64,000 nt of DNA, taken from contig CAWDVW010000003.1 in the NCBI GenBank assembly GCA_963805855.1, forward strand, positions 17,151 to 81,150, written 5' to 3'. The notes under the pieces are model-generated. The model was not told the DNA's origin and searched no databases. It was given only the letters and a program-made list of their open reading frames with translations. This stretch comes from Candidatus Dadabacteria bacterium. Lineage in GTDB: Bacteria > Desulfobacterota_D > UBA1144 > Nemesobacterales > CSP1-2. Made by a program: the position numbers and the translations under genes. This document shows, in pieces, positions 9,687 through 20,400 of the stretch. How positions within the stretch are numbered: the stretch's first letter is position 1; the number at the start of each line of letters is the position of its first letter.

Positions 9687-10997
9687 ATGACTATTTATAA
9701 CCTCGTTAGCTTTGTTGGGTTATTTGTGCTGCTTGGTGTCGCGTGGTTAATGTCCACCGATAGACGGAATATAAACTTCAGGGTGATTATCTGGGGGTTG
9801 ATTTTACAGATTGCTTTTGCTACTTTCATTTTTGTAATCCCGGCCGGTGCGACTTTTTTCTTATTCATTAACGATCTCGTCATAAAGGTTCTTGATTCAG
9901 CGTCAGCCGGAGCGAAGTTTCTTTTTGGCAGGCTTGCCATATCCCCGGGAGAGATCATCGGGCACGGTGAAGGCTCATTGGGGTTTTTTCTAGCTTTTCA
10001 GGTTTTTCCCGCGATAATCTTTTTCTCAGCCCTGATGTCGATTTTATACTATTATAAAATCATGCCCGCGGTAATCAGGGGTTTTTCTTATGTGTTTACC
10101 CGCTTGATGAGGATATCCGGAGCCGAGTCACTGGTTGCGGCGAGCAACATCTTCGTTGGGATTGAATCCGCATTAACCGTTAGGCCCTATCTTAGTGGGA
10201 TGACCCGCTCGGAGTTCTGTACCGTTCTAACTGTCGGCATGGCTACCGTTTCATCCAGCGTTCTGGCTATATATATCTTCAGTCTTCAGAATGTTTTCCC
10301 TACAATCGCGGGCCATCTGATCTCTGCTTCCATCCTGTCGGCGCCGGCTGCAGTCGTCATGTCCAAAATAATGTTGCCCGAGAGTGAGGTTCCGAAGACT
10401 CTTGGAGTTCAGATCAAGCCAGATTACCAGAATGAAGATACCTTGTTCGAGGCGATTATAAACGGGTCGAACAACGGAGTTAAGCTAATTGTGGGGATCG
10501 CGGCACTGCTGATCGCCGTTTTGGGACTGGTTTCACTCATCGATTTGGTGATCGGTGGAATCGGTGGGAAGGTTAACCTTTTCACCGGCCTGCATATAGA
10601 TTGGTCTCTACAGGGGCTTCTCGGGTACTTGTTCTATCCGTTTACAATCGTGATCGGAGTCCCAATCTCCGACGCCTATAACATCTCGAAGATCATTGGC
10701 GAGAGGGTAGTTGTCACCGAAGTGGTCTCATACCAGGATTTGGCTGACCTAATAAAGGACGGCTTATTATCCAACCAGCGATCTATAATAGTAGCGACTT
10801 ATGCATTATGTGGATTTGCCCACCTTGCTTCGATGGCAATTTTTGTGGGTGGAATTTCAGCCCTTGCCCCTGACAAAAAGGGTGTCATAGCTGGAGTTGG
10901 GTTTCGCGCACTCATAGCCGCGACTCTTGCGTGCATGATGACAGCTTGTGTCGCCGGAATATTCATTTACGGCGATTCAGCTCCGATCATTAAGTAA
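9687..10997 (+). CDS. Concentrative nucleoside transporter (CNT/NupC family)
   Basis: FLFG, AFQVFPAIIFFSALMSILYY, SGAES, GMATV, YALCGFAH motifs. Confidence 0.92.
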   Translation: MTIYNLVSFVGLFVLLGVAWLMSTDRRNINFRVIIWGLILQIAFATFIFVIPAGATFFLFINDLVIKVLDSASAGAKFLFGRLAISPGEIIGHGEGSLGFFLAFQVFPAIIFFSALMSILYYYKIMPAVIRGFSYVFTRLMRISGAESLVAASNIFVGIESALTVRPYLSGMTRSEFCTVLTVGMATVSSSVLAIYIFSLQNVFPTIAGHLISASILSAPAAVVMSKIMLPESEVPKTLGVQIKPDYQNEDTLFEAIINGSNNGVKLIVGIAALLIAVLGLVSLIDLVIGGIGGKVNLFTGLHIDWSLQGLLGYLFYPFTIVIGVPISDAYNISKIIGERVVVTEVVSYQDLADLIKDGLLSNQRSIIVATYALCGFAHLASMAIFVGGISALAPDKKGVIAGVGFRALIAATLACMMTACVAGIFIYGDSAPIIK

Positions 10998-11026
10998 CAA
11001 TTTACTGCCAATCGTAACATTTCCTA

Positions 11027-11087
11027 TTGACATTCGGAAAATCAGTCGCATTATAAGAACATACGTACGTTTGAAACGAATGTTTGT
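11027..11087 (+). promoter_or_regulatory. Putative sigma70 promoter and tandem TetR-type operators
   Basis: TTGACA at 11027 with a plausible -10 (CATTAT/TATAAG), followed by CATACGTACGTTTG and AAACGAATGTTTG just upstream of the TetR gene. Confidence 0.5.
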
Positions 11088-11114
11088 ATTAAATATCGAT
11101 TCAGGGAGGTACAA

Positions 11115-11745
11115 ATGACTGGAATCACTACCAGGGCGAACCTGCTAGATACTGCAGAACGGTTGTTTGCAGAGAGCGGGGTGAAGGAAACATCCGTAAG
11201 GGAAATAACCAAAGCTGCGGGGTCTCACCTGGCTTCGGTTAACTATCACTTCAATACAAAGTATGGGTTGATTCGAGCCGTCATATCAAGGCGAATAGGA
11301 CCACTGAAGAAGAGACGCTTTGAAATGTTGGATGAGTATGAGGCAGGCGAGGTTGGTGATAATGCTGTGCCCGTTGAGAAGATCATGTATGCGCTTGTTG
11401 CCCCGAGCATGGAGCTTTATTTAAAGAACCCTCATTTTCTCCGCTTCGCAGGGCGCATGATATCTGATCCGGATAAGACGATTCGGCGAATCTTTATTTC
11501 TGAGCTTGATCCGGTTTTTTTCAGGATTAAAGATCTGTTGACAAAGGGTGCTACCGGAAATACCGGAAGCCGAGATCATGTGGCGGATACATTTCACGAT
11601 TGGAGCACTGATCCATACATGGACTAACCATTCCGATCTCGAGCTGCGATCGGGCGGTGTCTGTGATATTACGAACGAGGCGGAAATGGTTGATCGACTT
11701 GTAACCTTTTGTACTGCGGGGCTTAAGGCGCCTTTGCATAAATAA
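11115..11745 (+). pseudogene. TetR/AcrR regulator (CecR-like) split by one extra base; may be an assembly indel
   Basis: HTH AERLFAESG..SVREIT..VNYHF. Removing one G at 11546-11548 joins it to the ORF VLPEIPEAEIMWRIHF..LVTFCTAGLKAP, a typical TetR C-terminus. Confidence 0.82.
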
Positions 11746-11813
11746 TTTGGGATGTTTGAAGGATCACTGAAGTCAAATAATTCATTACAAATGCCGGTTA
11801 GGGAGAAAGTACA

Positions 11814-13007
11814 ATGTTGAAGGATCGTAGATTAAGGGGAATTTTCTATGAATTTACCAAGATCCATTTTGATTCATTCGATGAAGCATTCTCTTCCTTC
11901 GAATCAGACGGGGTGCTCGGCAGCGAGCCGGGGATGGATGTTGAAACGTTTGATACTACGGAAAGTTCTGAGCAGCTTGATCGATTCAGGAGAAATGATC
12001 TCAGACTTATGAATGCATATTTTAAAGAGGTTGGCACGGTGCCACTGCTGAGCCATGAAAAAGAGGTGGAAGTTGCTGTCAAGATCAAGAAATGTGAAGA
12101 GATGGCCCAAGGGGTCGAGCGTCTGATACGGAAAGAACTCGGCGGTGATATTGATGCTAAGAGCGTTCAAAAGGATTCAGTGTTTCTCACTGATTCCGGT
12201 TTAGCCTATTCTGAGGTTTGCCCATGCTCCAAGAAGCTTCTAAGGTTATTTAAGCTTTTTGAGGTATTTTCGAAAAAGGCTATTCAATACAGAAATGGAT
12301 TTATTAAAGCGAACCTGAGGCTTGTAGCAAGTATTGCGAAGAAATACGAAGGGCGGGGTGTTCCATTCCTTGATTTACTACAGGAGGGAAATGTGGGCCT
12401 TATAACCGCGGTCATGAAGTTTGACCACACGAAGGGCTGGAGGTTTTCGACTTATGCATGTTGGTGGATAACACAGGCCATGACCAGAGCGATCTACAAT
12501 CAGACAAGAACTGTAAAGATTCCTACCTATGTATTAGAAAAATCGGCGAGGATCAGGGAAGCGCGATCTCGACTTGAGAAAAAAAACGGGAGGAGACCAG
12601 TTGCTGAAGAAATTGCAAGAGAGGCGGATATGACAGTTAATGCTGTAAAGAGGGCGATGAAGGCTAGTGAGAACGCCATTTGCCTCGATTCCCCTGTCAT
12701 AGGGAGCGAAAGCACGACTTTGATGGACATTTTTAAAGATCAAAAATTCCGTCCTCCTGATTCTTTGATTGCTGAAGCTTTGATTCCAAAGAGCGTTGCT
12801 GATGCGCTACAGGTGCTTGATAGTAGAGAGAGGGAAATTATCAAGTTGAGGTTTGGGATAGGCTTTGAAACCACATGTACTCTCGGGCAGATAGGAACAA
12901 TGTTAAACTTAACAAAAGAGAGGGTGAGACAAATTGAGAGACATGCACTAAAAAAGCTTAAAAGGTCACGATCAGCTAAGACGCTAAGGAGTTTGATTGA
13001 AGCCTGA
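11814..13007 (+). CDS. RpoD/RpoS-like sigma70 factor lacking region 1.1
   Basis: YFKEVG.VPLL (1.2), ANLRLVASIAKKY, DLLQEGNVGL, RFSTYACWWI (region 2), TKERVRQIE (4.2). Confidence 0.93.
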   Translation: MLKDRRLRGIFYEFTKIHFDSFDEAFSSFESDGVLGSEPGMDVETFDTTESSEQLDRFRRNDLRLMNAYFKEVGTVPLLSHEKEVEVAVKIKKCEEMAQGVERLIRKELGGDIDAKSVQKDSVFLTDSGLAYSEVCPCSKKLLRLFKLFEVFSKKAIQYRNGFIKANLRLVASIAKKYEGRGVPFLDLLQEGNVGLITAVMKFDHTKGWRFSTYACWWITQAMTRAIYNQTRTVKIPTYVLEKSARIREARSRLEKKNGRRPVAEEIAREADMTVNAVKRAMKASENAICLDSPVIGSESTTLMDIFKDQKFRPPDSLIAEALIPKSVADALQVLDSREREIIKLRFGIGFETTCTLGQIGTMLNLTKERVRQIERHALKKLKRSRSAKTLRSLIEA

Positions 13008-13192
13008 GATAAGGTCTCTGTTGCAGGTTTGCAATAACGGAATCTTTGAAGCAATTGTGGTGCTAGACATTTCGTGGACAAAATCCAAAAAGAAATAAAC
13101 GTGCTGAGAATTTACTAGTCCGTCGTCCTGAAATGTTCCCCGTCACTTAAATGGGGAGACAAGCTTTATCGAGGATCCATTGTTTAATTTTT

Positions 13193-13360
13193 TATTTTCT
13201 TTGTCTTGATACAAAGAAACAAAAATCAAGGGCTGACAAAAAATTAGGAATTATAAAATCAATTCCTTCAGCTAAAAATATTTAATCCAACCACAACCCT
13301 AAATCTTTTTTTAACGCTTCCGGAATTGATTTTGGCAATTTTTTGAATGCCCATTTAAAA
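13193..13360 (-). repeat. Dispersed structured repeat, copy C
   Basis: TTTCTTTGTCTTGATACAAAGAAACAAAAATCAAGG start and internal stem AAAATCAATTCC/GGAATTGATTTT. Confidence 0.87.
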
Positions 13361-13423
13361 TCTAAGATACTGTCCCCGAATTATATAACATCTCCGGCAA
13401 TGCCATGCGAGGCAAAGTGTAAA

Positions 13424-14122
13424 TCACGGGTCCTTGGTAAGTCCATTGGGATTTCCAATTTTATCCATCTGTTCCCTTATCCACTGTTGCCTTTTGTTTA
13501 CATAAGAAGAGGGATTTATGGGAGACATTCTGCGCGGGCTCGGAAGTATCGCGGCCAGTAGCGCCGCTTCATCCTTTGTGAGTTTGCTTGCCGGCTTTCC
13601 AAAATAGGTTCGTGAGGCCGTTTCTGCCCCATATATTCCCTTTCCCAACTCGACTACATTGAGATACACCTCAAGTATTCGTTTTTTGCTCCAGAATGTC
13701 TCAATCAAGACCGTGAAATAGGCTTCTGCCCCTTTTCGAAGCCATGAGCGTTCCGGCCAGAGGAATACATTTTTTGCTACCTGCTGGGTGATCGTGCTGG
13801 CGCCTTTAATCCTATCATCGCTTATGTTATTGATTGCCGCTCCCTTGATGGCATTGAAATCGAAGCCGTGGTGTTCGAAAAATTTCTGATCTTCAGCAGC
13901 CACCACTGCCAAAGCCATGTTCTCTGAAATTGAATCATAGTCCTTCCAGGTCTTAACGATTCGTCTACTTTTGCCTCCACTTTCGAGATACCGTATCACC
14001 ATCAATGGGGTGAGGGGAGGGTTCACGTATCGGTAGAGAAGAACCCAGGAGGTCGTGATGATGAATAGAAGTAAGATGATTTTTAATACGAATCGAGAAA
14101 CATTCTTGACGAGCTTTTTCAT
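13424..14122 (-). CDS. mtgA: Monofunctional biosynthetic peptidoglycan transglycosylase
   Basis: AAEDQKFFEHHGFD, GASTITQQVAKN, RKGAEA, KRILEVYLN, LPSP motifs. Confidence 0.96.
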   Translation of the reverse strand: MKKLVKNVSRFVLKIILLLFIITTSWVLLYRYVNPPLTPLMVIRYLESGGKSRRIVKTWKDYDSISENMALAVVAAEDQKFFEHHGFDFNAIKGAAINNISDDRIKGASTITQQVAKNVFLWPERSWLRKGAEAYFTVLIETFWSKKRILEVYLNVVELGKGIYGAETASRTYFGKPASKLTKDEAALLAAILPSPRRMSPINPSSYVNKRQQWIREQMDKIGNPNGLTKDP

Positions 14123-14256
14123 ACGGATAAAAACCCTGAGCTTATTTTGCTCTGAAATTGAGAATTAAAATAACCAGTTCAGGTGGGTTTTGGAAGTTAA
14201 TTTGCTTCATAATTATGACTCGCAATTTCCCTGGCTTGCTCCGGGGTTGCCAGTGA

Positions 14257-14292
14257 GTCATTGCGAAGGACTGAGAGGACTGAAGTAATCTC
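14257..14292 (+). repeat. GTCATTGCGA-type REP-like palindromic unit
   Basis: GTCATTGCGAAGG...GAAGTAATCTC. Related fragments near 9094-9110, 9299-9372, 13121-13179 and 59797-59850. Confidence 0.5.
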
Positions 14293-14422
14293 TCACATTT
14301 TCGTGAATCTTTAACTTTCAACCCTTATTTCAAAAACGGGTCTATACTTAGGTTAAACATGCAATGGTTCGTTATTCAAACTCAAAATATTGAGAGGAAA
14401 AGTGCAGAGATTGATTTTTAAG

Positions 14423-17400
14423 ATGAAAAGCCTGTCAAAGCTCATTTTTGCACTATTAGCTTTTTCTACCTTCCTCGGGCCTCACAATTCATTTGCCTTT
14501 GGAGAAAACTATGACGAACTCGGGTTTAAAAAGAACAAGACCTATTTGAGATTTTCTCCCGGGGAATATGTAAATATTTTTTCTGGAAACCTATTGCTAA
14601 CACATACCGACCTTATCCTACCCGGTAACGGTGGCTTCAATCTAAAGCTTCAGAGGACTTACAACAGTAAGTTGTTCGCAGACTTCACAAATATAGATAA
14701 TCCCACGATCTCAGGTTTAACATTAGGTAGCTTAGGCTTGGGCTGGGACATGCATTTTGGGAGGATCAGCGACTATGGATTGACCGTGATTAATGATCCT
14801 AATGAATTTTTTCTACAGATGCCAGATGGCTCTATTCATCAGATATATAACAACAACCATCCAAACATAACTTCACATGTCGGCAGAACATACATTACCG
14901 AGGATTTTTGGATCATAGATTATGATCCGGCAACCGATCAATATACCATGATGCTGCCTGATGGAACTGAATATTCCTTTAGTCGGAGGGTCACAAACGG
15001 GTTTTCGTATAGTTTTCTGTATGTAACTTCAATAAGGGATAAGAATGGTAATGAGATTGCGATTGAATACTACGATTGCTGTAATATGACTAATAACGAT
15101 CCTGATACCGGCATAATAGGTACATGTCCCGATCCAACTAATGCGGCTACAATTACACGATACATTAAAAAGGTTACTGATAGTGTGGGAAGAGAGATCA
15201 ATTTTACCATGCTCAATACTATGTGTCGTGGGAACGCAATCAATTCTATTGATGCGAATGGAAATGTTTATAATTATCTTTATTTCCCCGGAGATGATAG
15301 GCCATCTACTACGTGGTTACATTGGGATGGAGGATCAGGACGTCTTTTGGCGGAGGTCCAACCTCCCGAAGGCCCAAGCTGGCAATATTTCTATGATGTT
15401 GATCCAAACGACAGCGAACCTGATGGTGAGTTAATCTCGGTTACATATCCCTCAGGCGGCGTTGCCCAATATGATTATGAAACGGTTGTATTCGACCTTT
15501 TAAATTCCCCAAGCGCAACTTCGCCCGTCCAGTTTCGGATGTTAGCGTCCAGAACCGCATCCGGACCAGATATAACCTCAGGGACGTGGATGTTTGACTA
15601 TGATCCAATAAATACTCAAGACATCACGACCATTACCGATTCATGCGGCAATAAAGAGATTTATGAGTTCTTCGGCTTACGAGCGGGTTCTTTTAATGGT
15701 GGGTGGAGCATAGGTTTGCTCAATAACAAGGAAGTAAGGGATAGTGTTAATCTTATATTCGAAGCCGACAATAATATGTGGACTCCGTATCAAATCTCTA
15801 ATGACGGGACTGATCCGATTGCCGAGACAGCGGGGATATTTTTACCACTTTTGGATGGAGAGACCATTACCAGGGATGGCGTCAATTTCATTACCGATTT
15901 TACATATAACACATTTTATGACTCGCCAACTCAGATTGCAGAAACTGGTGAAATGTCAAGAACCACCGACATTACATATTTTGAAGACCTTAGCGCCGGT
16001 AATTACATCATCGGAAAGCCCCTTGTTACCACGACAACGGTAGATACTGAAAGTAAAACAATTATTAACACTTACGACATTAGTGGAAACCTGCTCTCAG
16101 AAGATAACTTTGGAGTCCTGACGGAATATTCGTATCACCCGGATGGAAATCTTGAGTGGCAGCGAAACGCGAGAGGGTTCTACACCCATTTTGATCAATA
16201 CAGTTTTGGTGTCGCCGGACGAATAAGATTGGGTTCGTCTGACGACCTTGCAAGCGATCCAACAATTGTTGAGTCAAAAACGATCAACTGGGAAGGAACG
16301 ATTTCGAGCTTTACAAACGGGAGGGGGGATGCCACTTCGTACAGTTATGATGGTTTAAACAGACTAACTTCCATAACGCCTCCTCCGAGTGGCGAGGTGC
16401 AAACGACGATTGAATACGATAACCTCAACGCTCGGTCGATGATAATTCGAAAAAGCGATTCGTCTGTCCAGCATTTTCTCGATGGGTTTGGAAGACCGAT
16501 TGGCACATTTTCTACAACAAGCGTACAAACTGAAATCGATTACGATGCGTGCGGCAGCAAGGTATATGAGTCGCTTCCTTTTGACATATTTACTCCCAAC
16601 GTGGGAGAAAGCTTTACCTACGATCCCCTTGGCAGAATTAAAAGCATGACACATCCGGATAATACAAAGATAGATTTATCCTATTCGGGGAATTCAGTAA
16701 TCGTGAAGAACGAACGAAATATAAATACGACTTTAAATTATGCATCCTTCGGTGACCCCGATGAAAAAAGGCTCAGCAGTGTGTTAGACGCTGACAACAA
16801 CACGACCTCCTATGAATACGATCTTCTGGGAAATATCACGCGGGTGGATTCACCTCAGGGAAACGATCGAGTCTTTACATATAATTCCAAAAACTTCCTC
16901 ATTTCTGAGAGCCATCCCGAGAGCGGAACAACTATGTTTGGCCACGACGAGATTGGAAATGTTACATCTAAAACAAATGCCGATGGGAGCTCAATCGACT
17001 TCCAATATGATCGTCTTAACCGTTTGACGTTAGTTGACCATCCCAGTGGGGAGGATGATGTTATTCTTGACTACGATGATGCAAGCAACAGGACACTTAT
17101 GGAGAGCAGCTCTGCCAGTTATTCATATGCCTTCCAGTATGACCAGTCAAACAGGCTAACGAGAGAGGACGTCAATATCGGAGTTATAAGCTATAGTGTT
17201 GACTTTATATACGACGGGGAAAATAATCTTATCCAGTCGATATACCCTTCAGGTGAGGTTGTAGATTACACCTACGATGCGGATGGCAGGATACTCGATA
17301 TCCCACCGTCAGCCGGTAATTTTTCATACCATCCTTCGGGTGGTCCAACTCACTTCGATAATCAAATCGGGGTTTCGTCGGATTTCACATACGACAATCG

Positions 17401-20400
17401 CAGTCGTCTAAAGACCCTACAGGTATCACGAACATTTCCATATCTACTGGTAACTAAAGAGGGTTTGGGTAATGGTACGGTAACGAGCAACCCGATTGGA
17501 ATAGATTGTGGCAGTGACTGTGCATTGCTTGAAGGTGCTGAAGGGACTGAAGTGACACTTACACAGACGCCTGATCCGGATTCAAATTTTGTTAGCTGGG
17601 GAGGGGATCCCGATTGTATCGATGGTGTGGTAACGATGATAGGGACAAAGGTGTGTATCGCGACATATGTATTAAAAGCGAATCAGGAAACACTCACGGT
17701 CACAAAGGATGGAAGTGGAACAGGTACAGTAACAAGCAGCCCTCCCGGAATAGATTGTGGCAGTGATTGCACTGAGAATTATGATGTGAATACCGAGGTT
17801 ACACTAACTGCTACTCCAGATACCGGCTTTGTCTTTCTTAGCTGGGGTGGAGACCCGGATTGTTCAGATGGCGTTGTCACAATGGACGCAAACAAGACCT
17901 GTAATGCTACTTTTGGGCTTCAGCAGTTTACGCTTAATGTTGTAAATCTTAGTGACGGTTTTGGAAGTGGAATAATTACGAGTAGTCCCGCCGGTATTTC
18001 ATGCGGCGGAGATTGCTCGGAGGCCTATGATGAGAATACGCAGGTAACTCTTACACCCATGCCCGACCCGGGATCGCAATTTGGGAGCTGGAGTGGAGCT
18101 TGTGACACTAATGGTATGGTTACAATGGATTCGGACAAATCATGCGGCGCAACCTTCGTTAAATTTTTTACCCTGACAATTCAAAAGAATGGAACCGGTT
18201 CAGGAACGATAACCAGTAATCCTCCTGGAATAGATTGCGGAGCAGATTGTTCGGAATCATATGGAGCAAATTCCATAGTAAGCTTTAATATAACAGCGGA
18301 TCCTGGATCAACATTTGTTGGCTGGAGTGGACCTTCAGGATGCCCAACCTCTCCGACATCGAGTGCTTTGATGGTTTCGGACTTGGCATGCACTGCTACA
18401 TTTGAATTAATTACAGTTCACTCATTAACTGTAAACAAAGCTGGGACAGGCGATGGTACGGTTACGAGCAGCCCAGCTGGTATAGATTGTGGTGCTGATT
18501 GCACGGAGAATTACAACGACGGAACAAACGTGACTCTTACTGTAACGCCAGACCCAGGTTCAGGCCTTACCGGATGGAGCGGCGACGCCGATTGTTCAGA
18601 TGGCGTTGTGACAATGGATGCCGCTAAGAGTTGTACCGCTAATTTTACTCTGATCATACAGCATCCGCTGACGGTGACGAAAGAAGGAACTGGAACCGGG
18701 ACGATTACGAGTAGTCCCGGGGGAATAGACTGCGGCGCTGATTGCGCTGAAAATTATGATGAAAATACTGTTGTAACACTAACTGCAACACCGGACGCGG
18801 GATCGATCTTTGATGGGTGGAGTGGAGATGCGGACTGCTCTGATGACGTAGTTACTATGTCGGCATCTACAGTTTGTAACGCTACTTTCTCCCTCTCAAC
18901 ACAACAATTTACACTCACAGTGAGCAAATTGGGTACAGGATCGGGAACAGTAACCAGTAATCCTCTAGGAGTAGATTGCGGATCAGATTGTGCGGAGAAT
19001 TATGTGGAGAGTACCGTTGTAACATTAACTTCAACACCGGACGCGGGATCAGTTTTTGGTGGTTGGAGTGGAGGTGCGGACTGCTCCGATGGTGTAGTTC
19101 TCATGGATGCAAACAAGAATTGCACTGCGACTTTCGATTTAATCCCACCACAGCAGTTTGCACTTACTGTTGGCGTAACGGGCTCTGGGAGTGGAACGAT
19201 AACAAGCACTCCTGCAGGGATAGACTGCGGCGCAGACTGTGCAGAGAATTACGACGGAAATACCCAGGTAACACTAACAGTAACGCCTGATGCTGGATCG
19301 ATCTTTACGATATGGATGGGTGACGCTGACTGCGCGGATGGGGTTATAACATTGGATGCGAGCAAGACATGCACAGCCGAGATCCTGCTTGAAGATCAAC
19401 CGAACCAGCTATTTGTAGAAGTTGAGAAGTTACCGTTTGTCCCATCCGCGACCGTATCCATTGAGGGAGACCTAGCTATAGTAGGCGCCCGGTCTGCGGA
19501 CCCTTCGGGTAATACTGATCAAGGTTCCGCATTTATATTCGAACGTGATGTTAATGGCGTCTGGCAGCAAGTAGAGGAAATTACGGCGAGTGACGGTGCC
19601 GCGGGAGATAATTTTGGGACTACTGTTTCGATAAGTGGGGATTGGATTGTTGTGGGACTTGCAGTATCTGACATTGTTACTCCCGGTCATGGAAAGCAAG
19701 GTAAAGCATACCTATTTCAGAGAGATGTGAACGGAGTTTGGAGTGAGCAAGGGATTCTTTCTGCGATAGATGGAAAGACCAACGACCAGTATGGCGAACA
19801 AGCAATTATCAGGGGAGACAAGCTTGCGGTTCGCGCTCACTCGGCCGATGTTGGCGCGGATGTTGGGCGCGGCGCTGTTTATGTATACGAAAAGGACCAA
19901 AATGACCTTTGGAATCAGGTAGCAAAATTATCTTCGCCTGTACCTGATCAAGTCATTGCGGACCCGCCCGATTTCTTGTTTGGGATTGATAAGATGGCAT
20001 TTAGTGGCGATAAGCTCCTAACTCAGTTTAAGTCAGGAAGTTTTCTTGCGACAGTATATTTTGATATCTTTGAACGAAGCACTTCTGGAACCTGGGGCCA
20101 CGCATTTACCAAACTGAATTTAAGTCTCCGGCAGGGAGGGATCGATGGTGACGCGGCTATCGTTGGCGGTGAGGTTTTCAAAAGAATTAGCAGCAGTAAT
20201 TGGGCACAAGTACAATCTTTAGGCTTAGCAGATGCCTACATAAGTGGTCAATTTGCACTTGTTGGATCGACAATCTATAAAAAGCAAAGCAACGGCTTAT
20301 GGAGTTTATTCCAAACACTTGATAAAGAAGGGCCATCCGATATCAGAGGTGATAGATTGATTATTGAAGATGGTAACCCATACATATTTGAGTTTGGAGA

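Noticed and set aside
11540-11550. Programmed frameshift in the TetR gene
   Set aside because: No canonical slippery heptamer or stimulator; one of several similar indels in the window.
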